From contig CAZASC010000001.1 in the NCBI GenBank assembly GCA_964487695.1, positions 43,570 through 107,569 of the forward strand: a DNA stretch of 64,000 nt, in the 5' to 3' direction. This document shows, in pieces, positions 1 through 9,027 of the stretch. Position 1 is the first letter of the stretch. Each line of letters starts with the position of its first letter. The notes under the pieces are model-generated. The model had not been told where the DNA came from. It was given only the letters and a program-made list of their open reading frames with translations, and searched no databases. Source of the stretch: an uncultured Victivallales bacterium (GTDB lineage: Bacteria > Verrucomicrobiota > Kiritimatiellia > UBA8416 > CAZASC01). Position numbers and translations under genes: made by a program.

Positions 1-1439
1 GCCTGTGCTCGCATCTGGTTCTGGTAACGATTTACGATCGCCTTCCAGCGATGAGCGGAGGTGTATGAAGAATAGTATCGCGGGTTAGATTGCAGCTGAA
101 GAATCACCCCATACTGCTTGACTTGCAGGGAGTCGCGCCAGATTTCCAGCGTCTGGATATCGGCCAGGAAAGACTGAATTTCTGGTTGGGACGCCTCATA
201 GCCTGCTCGTTGGGTGGCGAAGAATGAGATCGGTGTCAGCCTGTGGCGCAGCTCAATAAGCTTTTCCAATGAATCCACAGTCGCCACCTGGTCGCTAACG
301 ACCTTGATTATCGAGTCGTCGACTGCAATTGATTGATTAAGTAGTTTCACAATAAGGGCACTTCGCTTTGGCGCAAGCATCTTCTCCAACGAGCTATCCA
401 TCCGGCTATAATAATTGTTTTCCATGGACTGCAGCACCTGCAACGCCGATGCGATATCACCTCGTTCTTCAGAGCCAAGAAGACGCGCCCACGAGCTCAG
501 GGCATTCCGAGTGCTCTCCAAATCCTGCTGAATAACGGGATCATTATAGGAGTACCGCTGCACTCGCGAATACTGTCGGTTGAAATCAAGAGAAAGAGCG
601 TGCACATCTTGAGAAGTCGTTACTTTACCCAGTCCATCACGCGCTGCTTTGATGACTTTCATGGCTTCCTCTGCTACGGCCGACTGTAAACGATCCAGCT
701 TCTTTATCATTTCCGGGCTGGATGCGAAGGAGCTAAACGAGGACATGGACATCATTTGATTCATGGACTCGACAGCTTTCGAGAGATCACCTGCCGATTC
801 TGCCGCAAGGCAGTTCACTGACATTCTGATCAGCTCATGAGCATTCTGCAGATTTTCGCGAAGAACGTACAGTTCCGGATTATCATTATCAGACATCCGG
901 GCCAGGGAGTTCTGCGCCTGCTGGACCCGCTCATTTAGAGACTGAAGATCTGCCGCATTTGTCGCGGCAGCGCACGCAGTTGGGATTGCGGCCAATATAT
1001 CGCGCATGTCTTTGGCCAGTTTCGTCTGATCGGCCTTTATCTGAAGCGAAATCGAGTCATGAAGCTCCTTGACCATCTTATGGAATGACGGCGACGGCGA
1101 AAGAGACAAAACATTGGCGCATTCCTGTAAAGCGCCACGAAAATCCTTGTTTTCAATAAGTTGTTGAATGTGCGTCAATGTGCGAATAACGTTTTCACGG
1201 TGGGATGCTTCCACAATACGCTTTCCCTGGTCATCGGTATCATCAATTGCGTCCTGAATCGCAGCCAATTGGTCGTCAATGCTGACAGCAACCGTGTTTG
1301 TCCCCACAGCGACAGCGCTTTCAGTATTGGTTTTCGGCGACTGTTCGGCGAACGCCGAAACCTCAGTCAACATACCGCATAGGGCAACCAGCAAGACCAC
1401 CGCTGCCTGCTCACCGATGTCTCCGTTCTTTTTCTTCAC
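1..1439 (-). CDS. hypothetical secreted, helix-rich protein; the C-terminal part lies beyond the left window edge
   Basis: My own minus-strand translation is open from 1439 to position 1. The ORF is absent from the track because it has no in-window stop. GTG at 1439 is preceded by AAGGAGGA 6 nt upstream. The N-terminus VKKKNGDIGEQAAVVLLVALCGMLTEVSAFAEQ looks like a signal peptide. I recognise no family. Confidence 0.5.
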   Translation of the reverse strand, partial: MKKKNGDIGEQAAVVLLVALCGMLTEVSAFAEQSPKTNTESAVAVGTNTVAVSIDDQLAAIQDAIDDTDDQGKRIVEASHRENVIRTLTHIQQLIENKDFRGALQECANVLSLSPSPSFHKMVKELHDSISLQIKADQTKLAKDMRDILAAIPTACAAATNAADLQSLNERVQQAQNSLARMSDNDNPELYVLRENLQNAHELIRMSVNCLAAESAGDLSKAVESMNQMMSMSSFSSFASSPEMIKKLDRLQSAVAEEAMKVIKAARDGLGKVTTSQDVHALSLDFNRQYSRVQRYSYNDPVIQQDLESTRNALSSWARLLGSEERGDIASALQVLQSMENNYYSRMDSSLEKMLAPKRSALIVKLLNQSIAVDDSIIKVVSDQVATVDSLEKLIELRHRLTPISFFATQRAGYEASQPEIQSFLADIQTLEIWRDSLQVKQYGVILQLQSNPRYYSSYTSAHRWKAIVNRYQNQMRAQ

Positions 1440-1608
1440 TCTCCGTCCTCCTTTGTCTTTCTTACCAAACAAACAGATCAGTTTTCTCATTCACCATCGA
1501 AAGTCCAATTCAAGCGATAAGGTGGCACCACGGCAATGTCAACCAATGTTCTCAGTTCTGTAGGCGCATCGTTCTGTTCAACAGAATAGTTCGCTGCGGC
1601 TCACAAAG

Positions 1609-2619
1609 TCAGGTATGTGCTAGCGACATTGCACCCACTTTTGCAGCATATTCCCTGAATAGCGCCAGATAAGATAAATAGCTCTCGTACGAGACACCGG
1701 GAGGCGTCTGGTGATCGCAACTGATCAGGAATCCGCCTCTGGATGCTGTAGGGAGAAGACGTTCAAACTCCGCACGCATACGGGATTCGCCTTTATCCAT
1801 CGTCATCTTGTCGAAGTGGCCGATGAATTTCATCTTCGGGTTATTGACCCGCAAAGATGCGATGTCGCATCCAGCCTGCCGCTCCAGCGGCAAAATGCCA
1901 TCGAGTCCGGCATCTTCAAACCAGCCTGCCAGAGTTGCAACATCCCCGTCCGAGTCAATGATCGGGATGATCCCGTGTTTCTTCAATGATGGAATTACCC
2001 TGTCGTAGTACGGACGAATGAACTCGTCGAATAGCTCTTTTGAGATCATGGGGCCGTTATTGTAGCTCATGTCCTCGGCGAAAGTCATGAAGTCTGGTGT
2101 GCAAATGGAACACACTTGCTCGATCACCATCAGTATCCAGTCGGCAAAATCAGAGTTGATCCGATGCATCAGTTCGGGGTGGTCATAAAAGGCATATAGA
2201 TGAGGTTCAATCCCAAACAGTGCTCTCGGAAACCAGAAGAATCCTTCGACCGTGAACCAAAGGACAACATCCCCTTTCTGTTGTTCTTTGGCCCAATGTG
2301 TCCATTTCTTATCGTCAACTGGTTTTGCCTGGTACAAATACGGCAAAACCCGGTCATAGTCAGCCTCGGACTCAACGAGGCTGGCACCATGTGCACGTGG
2401 CGGCGGACAATCCCTCGCCACAATGCCAAACCAATCTTGCTTGTAAATATCCAGACCAAAATGCTCACAAATAGCGCTTCCGTCGTTAAGCTGCAAAGGA
2501 AGTCCTTCGCCATGCCATCGCTCAATCGTTTTGTCCCACCACGCCGCCCACTCAAGCAGAGGAAGACGATCAAACGGCTCAAAATTCATGATAGCATGAA
2601 ATCGTTCGCGCGTATTCAT
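1609..2619 (-). CDS. uroporphyrinogen decarboxylase (URO-D) family protein, MtaA/CmuA-like
   Basis: The 336-aa ORF has a URO-D-like TIM-barrel length and layout (FAEDMSYNNGPMIS, IIDSDGDV, ISCDHQTPPGV). It is transcribed divergently from the methyltransferase gene. Confidence 0.7.
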   Translation of the reverse strand: MNTRERFHAIMNFEPFDRLPLLEWAAWWDKTIERWHGEGLPLQLNDGSAICEHFGLDIYKQDWFGIVARDCPPPRAHGASLVESEADYDRVLPYLYQAKPVDDKKWTHWAKEQQKGDVVLWFTVEGFFWFPRALFGIEPHLYAFYDHPELMHRINSDFADWILMVIEQVCSICTPDFMTFAEDMSYNNGPMISKELFDEFIRPYYDRVIPSLKKHGIIPIIDSDGDVATLAGWFEDAGLDGILPLERQAGCDIASLRVNNPKMKFIGHFDKMTMDKGESRMRAEFERLLPTASRGGFLISCDHQTPPGVSYESYLSYLALFREYAAKVGAMSLAHT

Positions 2620-2771
2620 TTTCGAATTAGGCTACCTATCCCAACTATAAAGTCAATTCATGCTTTAGCACTCGTTACCCAGCCTACTTCTCCCATTCTC
2701 ACAACGATTTTCCTTTGCGCGGGTTTTCATCATCGGATACAGTCCGTGGTCAGACTCTAAACAGCAATTAA

Positions 2772-3518
2772 ATGCAAGGCGTTGAGATGGCCAGTGGCGA
2801 GCATAATTTTCCGGAAACGGCGGACATTGAGACTTCGTCTGATGAGTACGCGGCGCGTTTCGCCGGACCCGAGGGCGAATGGATGCTTAACGTGCAAGAG
2901 GAGATTACGCTCGGATTCCTACGGGATAAACCAGGCTGCTCGATCCTGGATGTCGGCGGCGGGCATGGTCAGCTCACCATCCCGCTTTGCAGGGATGGCT
3001 ACAATGTCACAGTGTTGAGTAGTTCCGAATCCTGCCGCAAACGTATCGCAAGAGTCGTTGATTCCGGGAAATGCGTATTTAGAGTGGGTAACGTAATCGA
3101 GATCCCCTTCCCCGACAAATCGTTTGAGGCTGTAATAGCTTTTCGCATGCTCACGCACTGCCAGAGATGGCCGACACTGGTAAAAGAGCTCTGCCGCGTG
3201 GCTCAATCTGCCGTGGTTGTTGACTATCCTACCAGTCAAAGCGTGAACATGATCGCCCCCGCCTTGTTTGACGCGAAGAAGAGGATCGAAAAGAACACGC
3301 GCACATGGACACTCTTTCAGCATGAGCAAATTCGATCTGAGTTTGAACGGAACGGTTTCCGATTGGTGCGCCAAAAAAAGCAATTCTTCCTTCCGATGGT
3401 CTTGCATCGCGCCTTGAAATGCCGCACATTGTCCGCCGTCCTGGAAGGCCTGTGCAGAGCGCTGGGGTTGACCGCGCTGGGTGGCTCGCCAGTTATTGTG
3501 GAGATGAGGAGAAAATGA
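2772..3518 (+). CDS. class I SAM-dependent methyltransferase
   Basis: Motif I is ILDVGGGHGQL, followed by the acidic loop VTVLSSS. The length is 248 aa. The stop overlaps the next start (ATGA at 3515-3518). Confidence 0.75.
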   Translation: MQGVEMASGEHNFPETADIETSSDEYAARFAGPEGEWMLNVQEEITLGFLRDKPGCSILDVGGGHGQLTIPLCRDGYNVTVLSSSESCRKRIARVVDSGKCVFRVGNVIEIPFPDKSFEAVIAFRMLTHCQRWPTLVKELCRVAQSAVVVDYPTSQSVNMIAPALFDAKKRIEKNTRTWTLFQHEQIRSEFERNGFRLVRQKKQFFLPMVLHRALKCRTLSAVLEGLCRALGLTALGGSPVIVEMRRK

Positions 3519-4498
3519 AGATATTGGTAACGGGTGGAACAGGATTTACGGGCAGCCATCTTGTCGAGAGACTGCTTGACGAAGGGCATAAAGTTGTCGT
3601 ACTGGACAATCAGAATGGCATCGTCTACGACAGGCTGGCTAAAAAAGGCGCTGACATCCACATCGGGAGCGTGACAGACACGGAACTTGTCAGGAAACTC
3701 ATCCCGGGCTGCGATGTCATTCATCATCTTGCCGCAGCGTTTCGGAAAGTGAATCTGCCTAAAAATGTCTACTACGAAACCAATGTTACATCCATGCGCA
3801 ATCTACTGCGAACTGCCCAGGACAGCAAGGTGCGCAAGATTGTCTACTGCAGTACTCAGGGCGTGCACGGCAACGTTGACAATCCACCTGGCGACGAGAG
3901 CACTCCCATCAAGCCGGAAGACTATTATCAAGTCACAAAATGGCAGGGCGAGGAAGTCTGCCAGGAATTTATCAAGCAGGGAATGGACATAACGATCTTG
4001 CGCCCGACTGCTCTATACGGGCCGGGCGATCCCGGACGCTTTCTAATGATGTTCAAGCAGGTCAAGAAGGGCATGTTCCCGTTCTTCGGATCGGGCAAAG
4101 CGTTTTACCATCCCGTCTATGTGGAAAACTTCGTGGACGCCCATATGCTCGCGATGGATAAACCGGCAGCGAAAGGCCAGACCTACATCATAGCCGACGA
4201 GCACTATTTCACGATAAAAGAGATAGTCTTGAAAATCGCAAAAGTCATGGGCATCGATCTGAAAGTTATCCACCTTCCGTTCCTGCCGATCTACTGGCTT
4301 TCCGCGCTTGTTGAGTTCGTTTTTCTGCCGCTTCCGTGGGATCCCCCGCTCTTCCGCCGTCGCGCCGACTGGTTCCGTCAGAACCGCGCATTTAAAATAG
4401 ACAAGGCAAAGCGCGATCTCGGCTACATTCCCAAAGTGGATTTGGATACCGGCCTGAAACTGACTTACGACTGGTACAAGGCTCACGGCTATCTCTAA
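3515..4498 (+). CDS. NAD-dependent epimerase/dehydratase (extended SDR)
   Basis: MKILVTGGTGFTGSHLV is a Rossmann GxxGxxG motif and YYQVTK is a YxxxK motif. I trimmed the track ORF (3419) to ATG 3515, which overlaps the upstream stop. Confidence 0.85.
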   Translation: MKILVTGGTGFTGSHLVERLLDEGHKVVVLDNQNGIVYDRLAKKGADIHIGSVTDTELVRKLIPGCDVIHHLAAAFRKVNLPKNVYYETNVTSMRNLLRTAQDSKVRKIVYCSTQGVHGNVDNPPGDESTPIKPEDYYQVTKWQGEEVCQEFIKQGMDITILRPTALYGPGDPGRFLMMFKQVKKGMFPFFGSGKAFYHPVYVENFVDAHMLAMDKPAAKGQTYIIADEHYFTIKEIVLKIAKVMGIDLKVIHLPFLPIYWLSALVEFVFLPLPWDPPLFRRRADWFRQNRAFKIDKAKRDLGYIPKVDLDTGLKLTYDWYKAHGYL

Positions 4499-4578
4499 TC
4501 ATCGGACGGTGACTCATCAACCGGTCACTATTTTGTTGTGTATCTTGATCGTTTTTACGGCTAACCTACGTGCCCATT

Positions 4579-6444
4579 ATGTGTGGAATCTGCGGCTTTA
4601 ATTCCAAAGACGAGAAACTGATTCAGAGAATGACGGATGAGATGACTCATCGCGGACCTGATCAGTCCGGCGTGTATTGCGCCGAGGGCATCTCCCTTGG
4701 CCACCGGCGCTTGAGCATCATTGACCTCAGTGAACATGGCCGCCAGCCGATGTCGAACGAGGACGGCACGGTCTGGCTGAGTTTTAACGGCGAAATATAC
4801 AATTTTCAAGAACTGCGCCCTGAGTTGATCGCAAAGGGCCATCGCTTTGTGAGCAACTCCGATTCCGAGGTCATCGTCCATGCCTACGAGGAGTATGGCG
4901 TCGAGGCGATAAGTAAACTTCGAGGCATGTTCGCGTTCGCAATCTGGGACGCGAAAAAGAAGTCGCTGCTTCTCGTTCGCGACAGAATCGGCATCAAACC
5001 GCTGTATTACTACTGCAAAGGCGGCAAGCTTGCATTTGCCTCGGAGATCAAGGCCATTTTGCAAGACAGCACGATCCCACGTGAGTTGAATCGCCAGGCG
5101 CTCTATGACTATATCGGGGTTGAATTCACTCCGGCGCCCGAAACCATGTTCAGCAACATCAACAAGCTCCCGGCTGGGCATTATCTCCACTTCACGGGAG
5201 GCAAAGCCGAAGTGAAGCAGTATTGGGATCTGAGCTTTAAACCTTGTGCACCCCAACTCTCTTACGATGAGGCTGTGGAAAAAGAACGCAGCTTGCTTGA
5301 CGAATGTGTGAGGAGCCATCTCATCAGTGATGTTCCGCTCGGCGTTTTCCTTTCCGGCGGACTCGATTCCAGCGCTCTGGTCGCATTCATGCGGCGTCAT
5401 ATCTCTGGACAGCTGCGCACATTTACGATCGGTTACAAAGACAAGACTTTCAGCGAACTGGATTATGCAAAGATTGTGGCGGACCGTTTTGAGACAGAAC
5501 ACCACGTTTTGATGATTGACGATTTAAAACCTGAATATGTTGAAAAAGCACTCTGGCATCTCGACGAACCCATGACCGATCTGTCCGCCATTCCTCTGAT
5601 GCTCGTGTGCGAGCAGGCGAAGAAACACGTATCTGTCTGCCTCAGCGGTGAAGGCGGCGACGAGAGCTATGCCGGCTACGACCGTTTCAAAGCTGCCAAG
5701 TTCAACGAGCTCTACAGTCTGATTCCCGCCGCGATTCGCAAAGGCGTGATATCGAAGTTTGTCGCTTCTCTGCCGGACCGCCCACAGAAGAAAGGCGCGA
5801 TCAACATGCTCAAGCGCTTCATCGAGGGATCCGACCTGCCTGCGGAAGGCATGCATCTGCGCTGGCAGTATTTTTCCAACAGCGGACAGGACAAACTGCT
5901 CTTCAAGCCCGATTTCAGGAACTGCGTCTCGTCCGATCCCTTTCGCATCATCCGACAGTATGCAGCCAAATGCGACGCAACGGACACTGTGAACAAGGAG
6001 ATATACCTGGATATGCGGTTCATGATGACCGACAGTGTTCTCATGAAAGTTGACAAGATGAGCATGGCCAGCGCACTGGAAATCCGGGTGCCGCTGCTGG
6101 ATCATGTACTTGTGGAGTTCATCGCATCACTGCCTGGCGACTGGAAGTTGAGGGGATTCGAGACCAAGCACATTTTCCGGTCTGCGCTGAAAGGAATTCT
6201 CCCTGACAGCATAGTCAACAGGGGAAAACAGGGCTATAGCCTGCCTGTAAAACACCTGCTGAGAGGCCAGCTGAAGCAGTATATGATTGACTTGCTCAAC
6301 GGGTCTCCTGCTATAAGGCAGAACTTGGATATTGATTGCGTGAACAGGATGATCAGGGAACACACCGGTATGACTCACAATCATAATCATGTTCTGTGGG
6401 CCCTTATGAACGTTGCGATTTGGCACAACAGGTTCTTCAAATGA
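4579..6444 (+). CDS. asnB: asparagine synthase (glutamine-hydrolysing) family amidotransferase
   Basis: The N-terminal MCGICGF carries the Ntn nucleophile Cys2, and SGGLDSS is the PP-loop. I moved the start to ATG 4579 so that Cys is residue 2. Confidence 0.9.
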   Translation: MCGICGFNSKDEKLIQRMTDEMTHRGPDQSGVYCAEGISLGHRRLSIIDLSEHGRQPMSNEDGTVWLSFNGEIYNFQELRPELIAKGHRFVSNSDSEVIVHAYEEYGVEAISKLRGMFAFAIWDAKKKSLLLVRDRIGIKPLYYYCKGGKLAFASEIKAILQDSTIPRELNRQALYDYIGVEFTPAPETMFSNINKLPAGHYLHFTGGKAEVKQYWDLSFKPCAPQLSYDEAVEKERSLLDECVRSHLISDVPLGVFLSGGLDSSALVAFMRRHISGQLRTFTIGYKDKTFSELDYAKIVADRFETEHHVLMIDDLKPEYVEKALWHLDEPMTDLSAIPLMLVCEQAKKHVSVCLSGEGGDESYAGYDRFKAAKFNELYSLIPAAIRKGVISKFVASLPDRPQKKGAINMLKRFIEGSDLPAEGMHLRWQYFSNSGQDKLLFKPDFRNCVSSDPFRIIRQYAAKCDATDTVNKEIYLDMRFMMTDSVLMKVDKMSMASALEIRVPLLDHVLVEFIASLPGDWKLRGFETKHIFRSALKGILPDSIVNRGKQGYSLPVKHLLRGQLKQYMIDLLNGSPAIRQNLDIDCVNRMIREHTGMTHNHNHVLWALMNVAIWHNRFFK

Positions 6445-7214
6445 GCGATACGGAATTACAGAACAACTCCGACAAGGCGAAGGCGAAGATGAAGTTCAGC
6501 GCTGTCTATGCGGACTCGTCCAAGTCGAGTGTCCGAAAATATCGCGACCTGTATTACGGCGACACATCGTTCTGGCGGGTGTTATGGATGGAACTGATCG
6601 TCACTATGACCGGTGGCATTCAGGGCGCTCTCGGATTATGGATCAGGAGCAAACTCTATCCGCTTCTATTCGCAGAGTGCGGTCGCGGCGTGATCTTCGG
6701 CAAGAACATCACCATCAGACATCCTGACAAAATCCGCATCGGGGACAACGTCGTACTCGATGATAATTGCGTCATAGATGCAAAGGGCGAGACAAACAAA
6801 GGTATCGTCATCGGCGGTAATGTATTTATCGGCAGGAATACCATCGTGTACTGCAAAAATGGAGACATGGAGATAAAAGACAGAGTAAGCATTTCTCCTG
6901 ACTGCACGATAATGTCCGCCAACCAACTCACGATATGCGAAGGAGTCATGGTCGGTGGTTACACTTACATGCTGAGCGGCGGGGAGTATGATTACTCTGA
7001 CAAGGAAACAGGATTCTATGAGAAGTGCTCCATGCCATCAAAAGGCGATCTTGTGATAGGACGGAATTGCTGGATCGGCGCAAGTGTGACCGTGCTCGAC
7101 GGGGCCAGTATCGGCGACAACAGCGTCATAGGCGCGTGCTCGCTTGTAAATAAACCGATCCCGCAAAACTGCGTAGCCTACGGCGTTCCGGCAAAAGCTG
7201 TTAAAAGCATTTAA
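6441..7214 (+). CDS. left-handed beta-helix (hexapeptide-repeat) acyl/acetyltransferase with an N-terminal hydrophobic segment
   Basis: Hexapeptide repeats are present (IGDNVVLDDNCVID, IGRNCWIGASVTVLDGASIGDNSVIGA). ATG 6441 overlaps the asnB stop (ATGA). Confidence 0.8.
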   Translation: MSDTELQNNSDKAKAKMKFSAVYADSSKSSVRKYRDLYYGDTSFWRVLWMELIVTMTGGIQGALGLWIRSKLYPLLFAECGRGVIFGKNITIRHPDKIRIGDNVVLDDNCVIDAKGETNKGIVIGGNVFIGRNTIVYCKNGDMEIKDRVSISPDCTIMSANQLTICEGVMVGGYTYMLSGGEYDYSDKETGFYEKCSMPSKGDLVIGRNCWIGASVTVLDGASIGDNSVIGACSLVNKPIPQNCVAYGVPAKAVKSI

Positions 7215-7245
7215 GATCTGTTCAGTGCGCCAGCGCTATTTCTGT

Positions 7246-7260
7246 TGGCATAAACGCGCT
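7246..7260 (+). promoter_or_regulatory. possible sigma-54 (-24/-12) promoter upstream of the first GspE/PilB gene
   Basis: In TGGCATAAACGCGCT the GG and GC dinucleotides have the GG-N10-GC spacing of the TGGCAC-N5-TTGC consensus. The -12 element is degenerate (CGCT). A sigma-54 activator is encoded at 12202. Confidence 0.25.
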
Positions 7261-7302
7261 CGCGTGACATAATACAAGTCGTTAAGCAGGAGCATTAATG
7301 TC

Positions 7303-9027
7303 ATGGCCAGAACCAGCAACAAAATCTCGGATATCCTGATCAGGCGTCACGTCCTCGAGCCCGACGTGATGGGCGCCGCCGAGGAAGAGGCCCAAACCAA
7401 AGGCGTCAGATTGGAAAAGCATCTAGTGGACAAGAAACTGGTCACTAGCGAAGAAATGACGCTCGCTCTTTCCGAATATCTGCGCATGACGCCCATCATT
7501 TTGTCCCATTTCACACCGCACGAGCAACTTCGCGAGATTATCCCAAAGGATATAATGACCAAGCACTTGATTATTCCGGTCTCTCGCGTCGGCAAGAACC
7601 TGACTGTGGCGCTTGGCGATCCGTTTGATTTGATGGCAATGGACGAGTTGATGACTATAACCGGACTGAACATTACCCCCGTCGTTGCCTCCGAGAAAGA
7701 CGTGGCAGAGACGTTGGAGCGTTGTTTCGCCGTGGAAGCAGCAACCGTGAACATGCAGGAGATTCTCGATGAGGTTGATGCCGAGTTCGAGATCGGGCAC
7801 GAGAAGGTACAGGACGATGAAAACGAGAATCTGGAGGCTGCGCTGCAGAACGCGGAAGGCGCACCAGTTGTAAGAATCGTGAACATGATGCTGCTTGAAG
7901 CGCTGAGAACTGGTGCGAGCGACATTCACCTCGAGCCGCAGGAAAAAAATCTTTGTCTGCGTTACAGAATTGACGGTTCGCTTATTGAGAGCCCTAATCC
8001 GCCCAAGACACTTCAGGGCGCCATTTTGTCGCGCCTCAAGCTAATGTCTGGGATGGATATTGCAGAGCGCCGTATACCGCAGGACGGCCGCATAAAAATA
8101 CGGGCCCTGGGCAAAGAAGTAGATTTACGCGTAAGCACCCTCCCCACCATTTTTGGCGAAAAAGTGGTCATGCGTATCCTCGACAAGAGCGGTTTGTATC
8201 CAAACCTTGCCGCCATCGGCCTGGACGACTTCGCTTTCAGGGCAATGAGACATGCCATATCGGCCCCAAACGGCATTGTTCTTGTGACTGGGCCGACAGG
8301 AAGCGGCAAGACGACCACGCTCTATTCCTGTCTGCTGGAATTGAACAAGCCAGAGGTAAATATCGTCACATGCGAAGATCCGGTCGAGTATCAGCTTGAC
8401 GGGATTAATCAGGTGCAGATCAACGCTTTCGTTGGACTTACGTTTGCGGCCGCATTGCGCTCCGTTCTCAGGCAGAGCCCCGACATCATTCTCGTTGGCG
8501 AAATTCGCGATGGCGAGACGGCGGAAATAGCCGTCAAAGCCGCCTTAACGGGGCATTTGGTACTAAGCACATTGCACACAAATGACGCTGCCGGCGCGAT
8601 TACGCGTATGGTGGACATGGGCACAGAACCTTCCATGCTTGCGTCTTCGATGATTCTTGCGCAGGCACAGCGGCTGATGCGCAGACTCTGTGCCGCGTGC
8701 AAGAAACCGATCGAAGGGATTCCGGATAAGACGCTGAGCATTTACCACATTGATCACGAATACTTCAAAGGCTCCCAGTTATACGGCGCGAGCAACGGAT
8801 GTCCTAAATGTCGTGGCACAGGCTACAAGGGCCGAATCGCCATTATGGAAGTGCTGCCTATGAGCAAAGATCTGCGGCAGGACATTATGAGCGGAATCAG
8901 CGCAAAGGAGATTGGAGCAAAGGCGCACGCAAAAGGCCTGCTAACTCTGAAAGATGTCGGGCTTCAGAAAGTGAAGGATGGTCTTACGAGTATTGATGCC
9001 GCGTTGGAGACTACCGGTGGCGATTGA
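7303..9027 (+). CDS. GspE/PilB-family type II secretion / type IV pilus assembly ATPase, paralog 1
   Basis: It has Walker A GPTGSGKTTT, Walker B DIILVGEIRD, His box TGHLVLSTLHTNDA and a tetracysteine (CAACKKP...CPKCRGTG). The N-terminal domain is GSPII_E_N-type. An AGGAG RBS lies upstream. Confidence 0.9.
   Translation: MARTSNKISDILIRRHVLEPDVMGAAEEEAQTKGVRLEKHLVDKKLVTSEEMTLALSEYLRMTPIILSHFTPHEQLREIIPKDIMTKHLIIPVSRVGKNLTVALGDPFDLMAMDELMTITGLNITPVVASEKDVAETLERCFAVEAATVNMQEILDEVDAEFEIGHEKVQDDENENLEAALQNAEGAPVVRIVNMMLLEALRTGASDIHLEPQEKNLCLRYRIDGSLIESPNPPKTLQGAILSRLKLMSGMDIAERRIPQDGRIKIRALGKEVDLRVSTLPTIFGEKVVMRILDKSGLYPNLAAIGLDDFAFRAMRHAISAPNGIVLVTGPTGSGKTTTLYSCLLELNKPEVNIVTCEDPVEYQLDGINQVQINAFVGLTFAAALRSVLRQSPDIILVGEIRDGETAEIAVKAALTGHLVLSTLHTNDAAGAITRMVDMGTEPSMLASSMILAQAQRLMRRLCAACKKPIEGIPDKTLSIYHIDHEYFKGSQLYGASNGCPKCRGTGYKGRIAIMEVLPMSKDLRQDIMSGISAKEIGAKAHAKGLLTLKDVGLQKVKDGLTSIDAALETTGGD

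Noticed and set aside
4508-4535. Hairpin after the epimerase gene as an intrinsic terminator
   Set aside because: The stem is only 4-5 bp (GTGAC/GTCAC). The next gene follows closely in the same orientation, so I do not consider it a convincing terminator.
4561-5505. 314-aa minus-strand ORF
   Set aside because: It is antisense to asnB, which has the Cys2 nucleophile and PP-loop motifs.
7303-7470. c-di-GMP-binding MshEN motif in the N-terminal domains of the GspE/PilB paralogs
   Set aside because: The helices resemble the motif (RLEKHLVDKKLV...ALSE), but the conserved Gly positions are replaced. Binding cannot be claimed from sequence.
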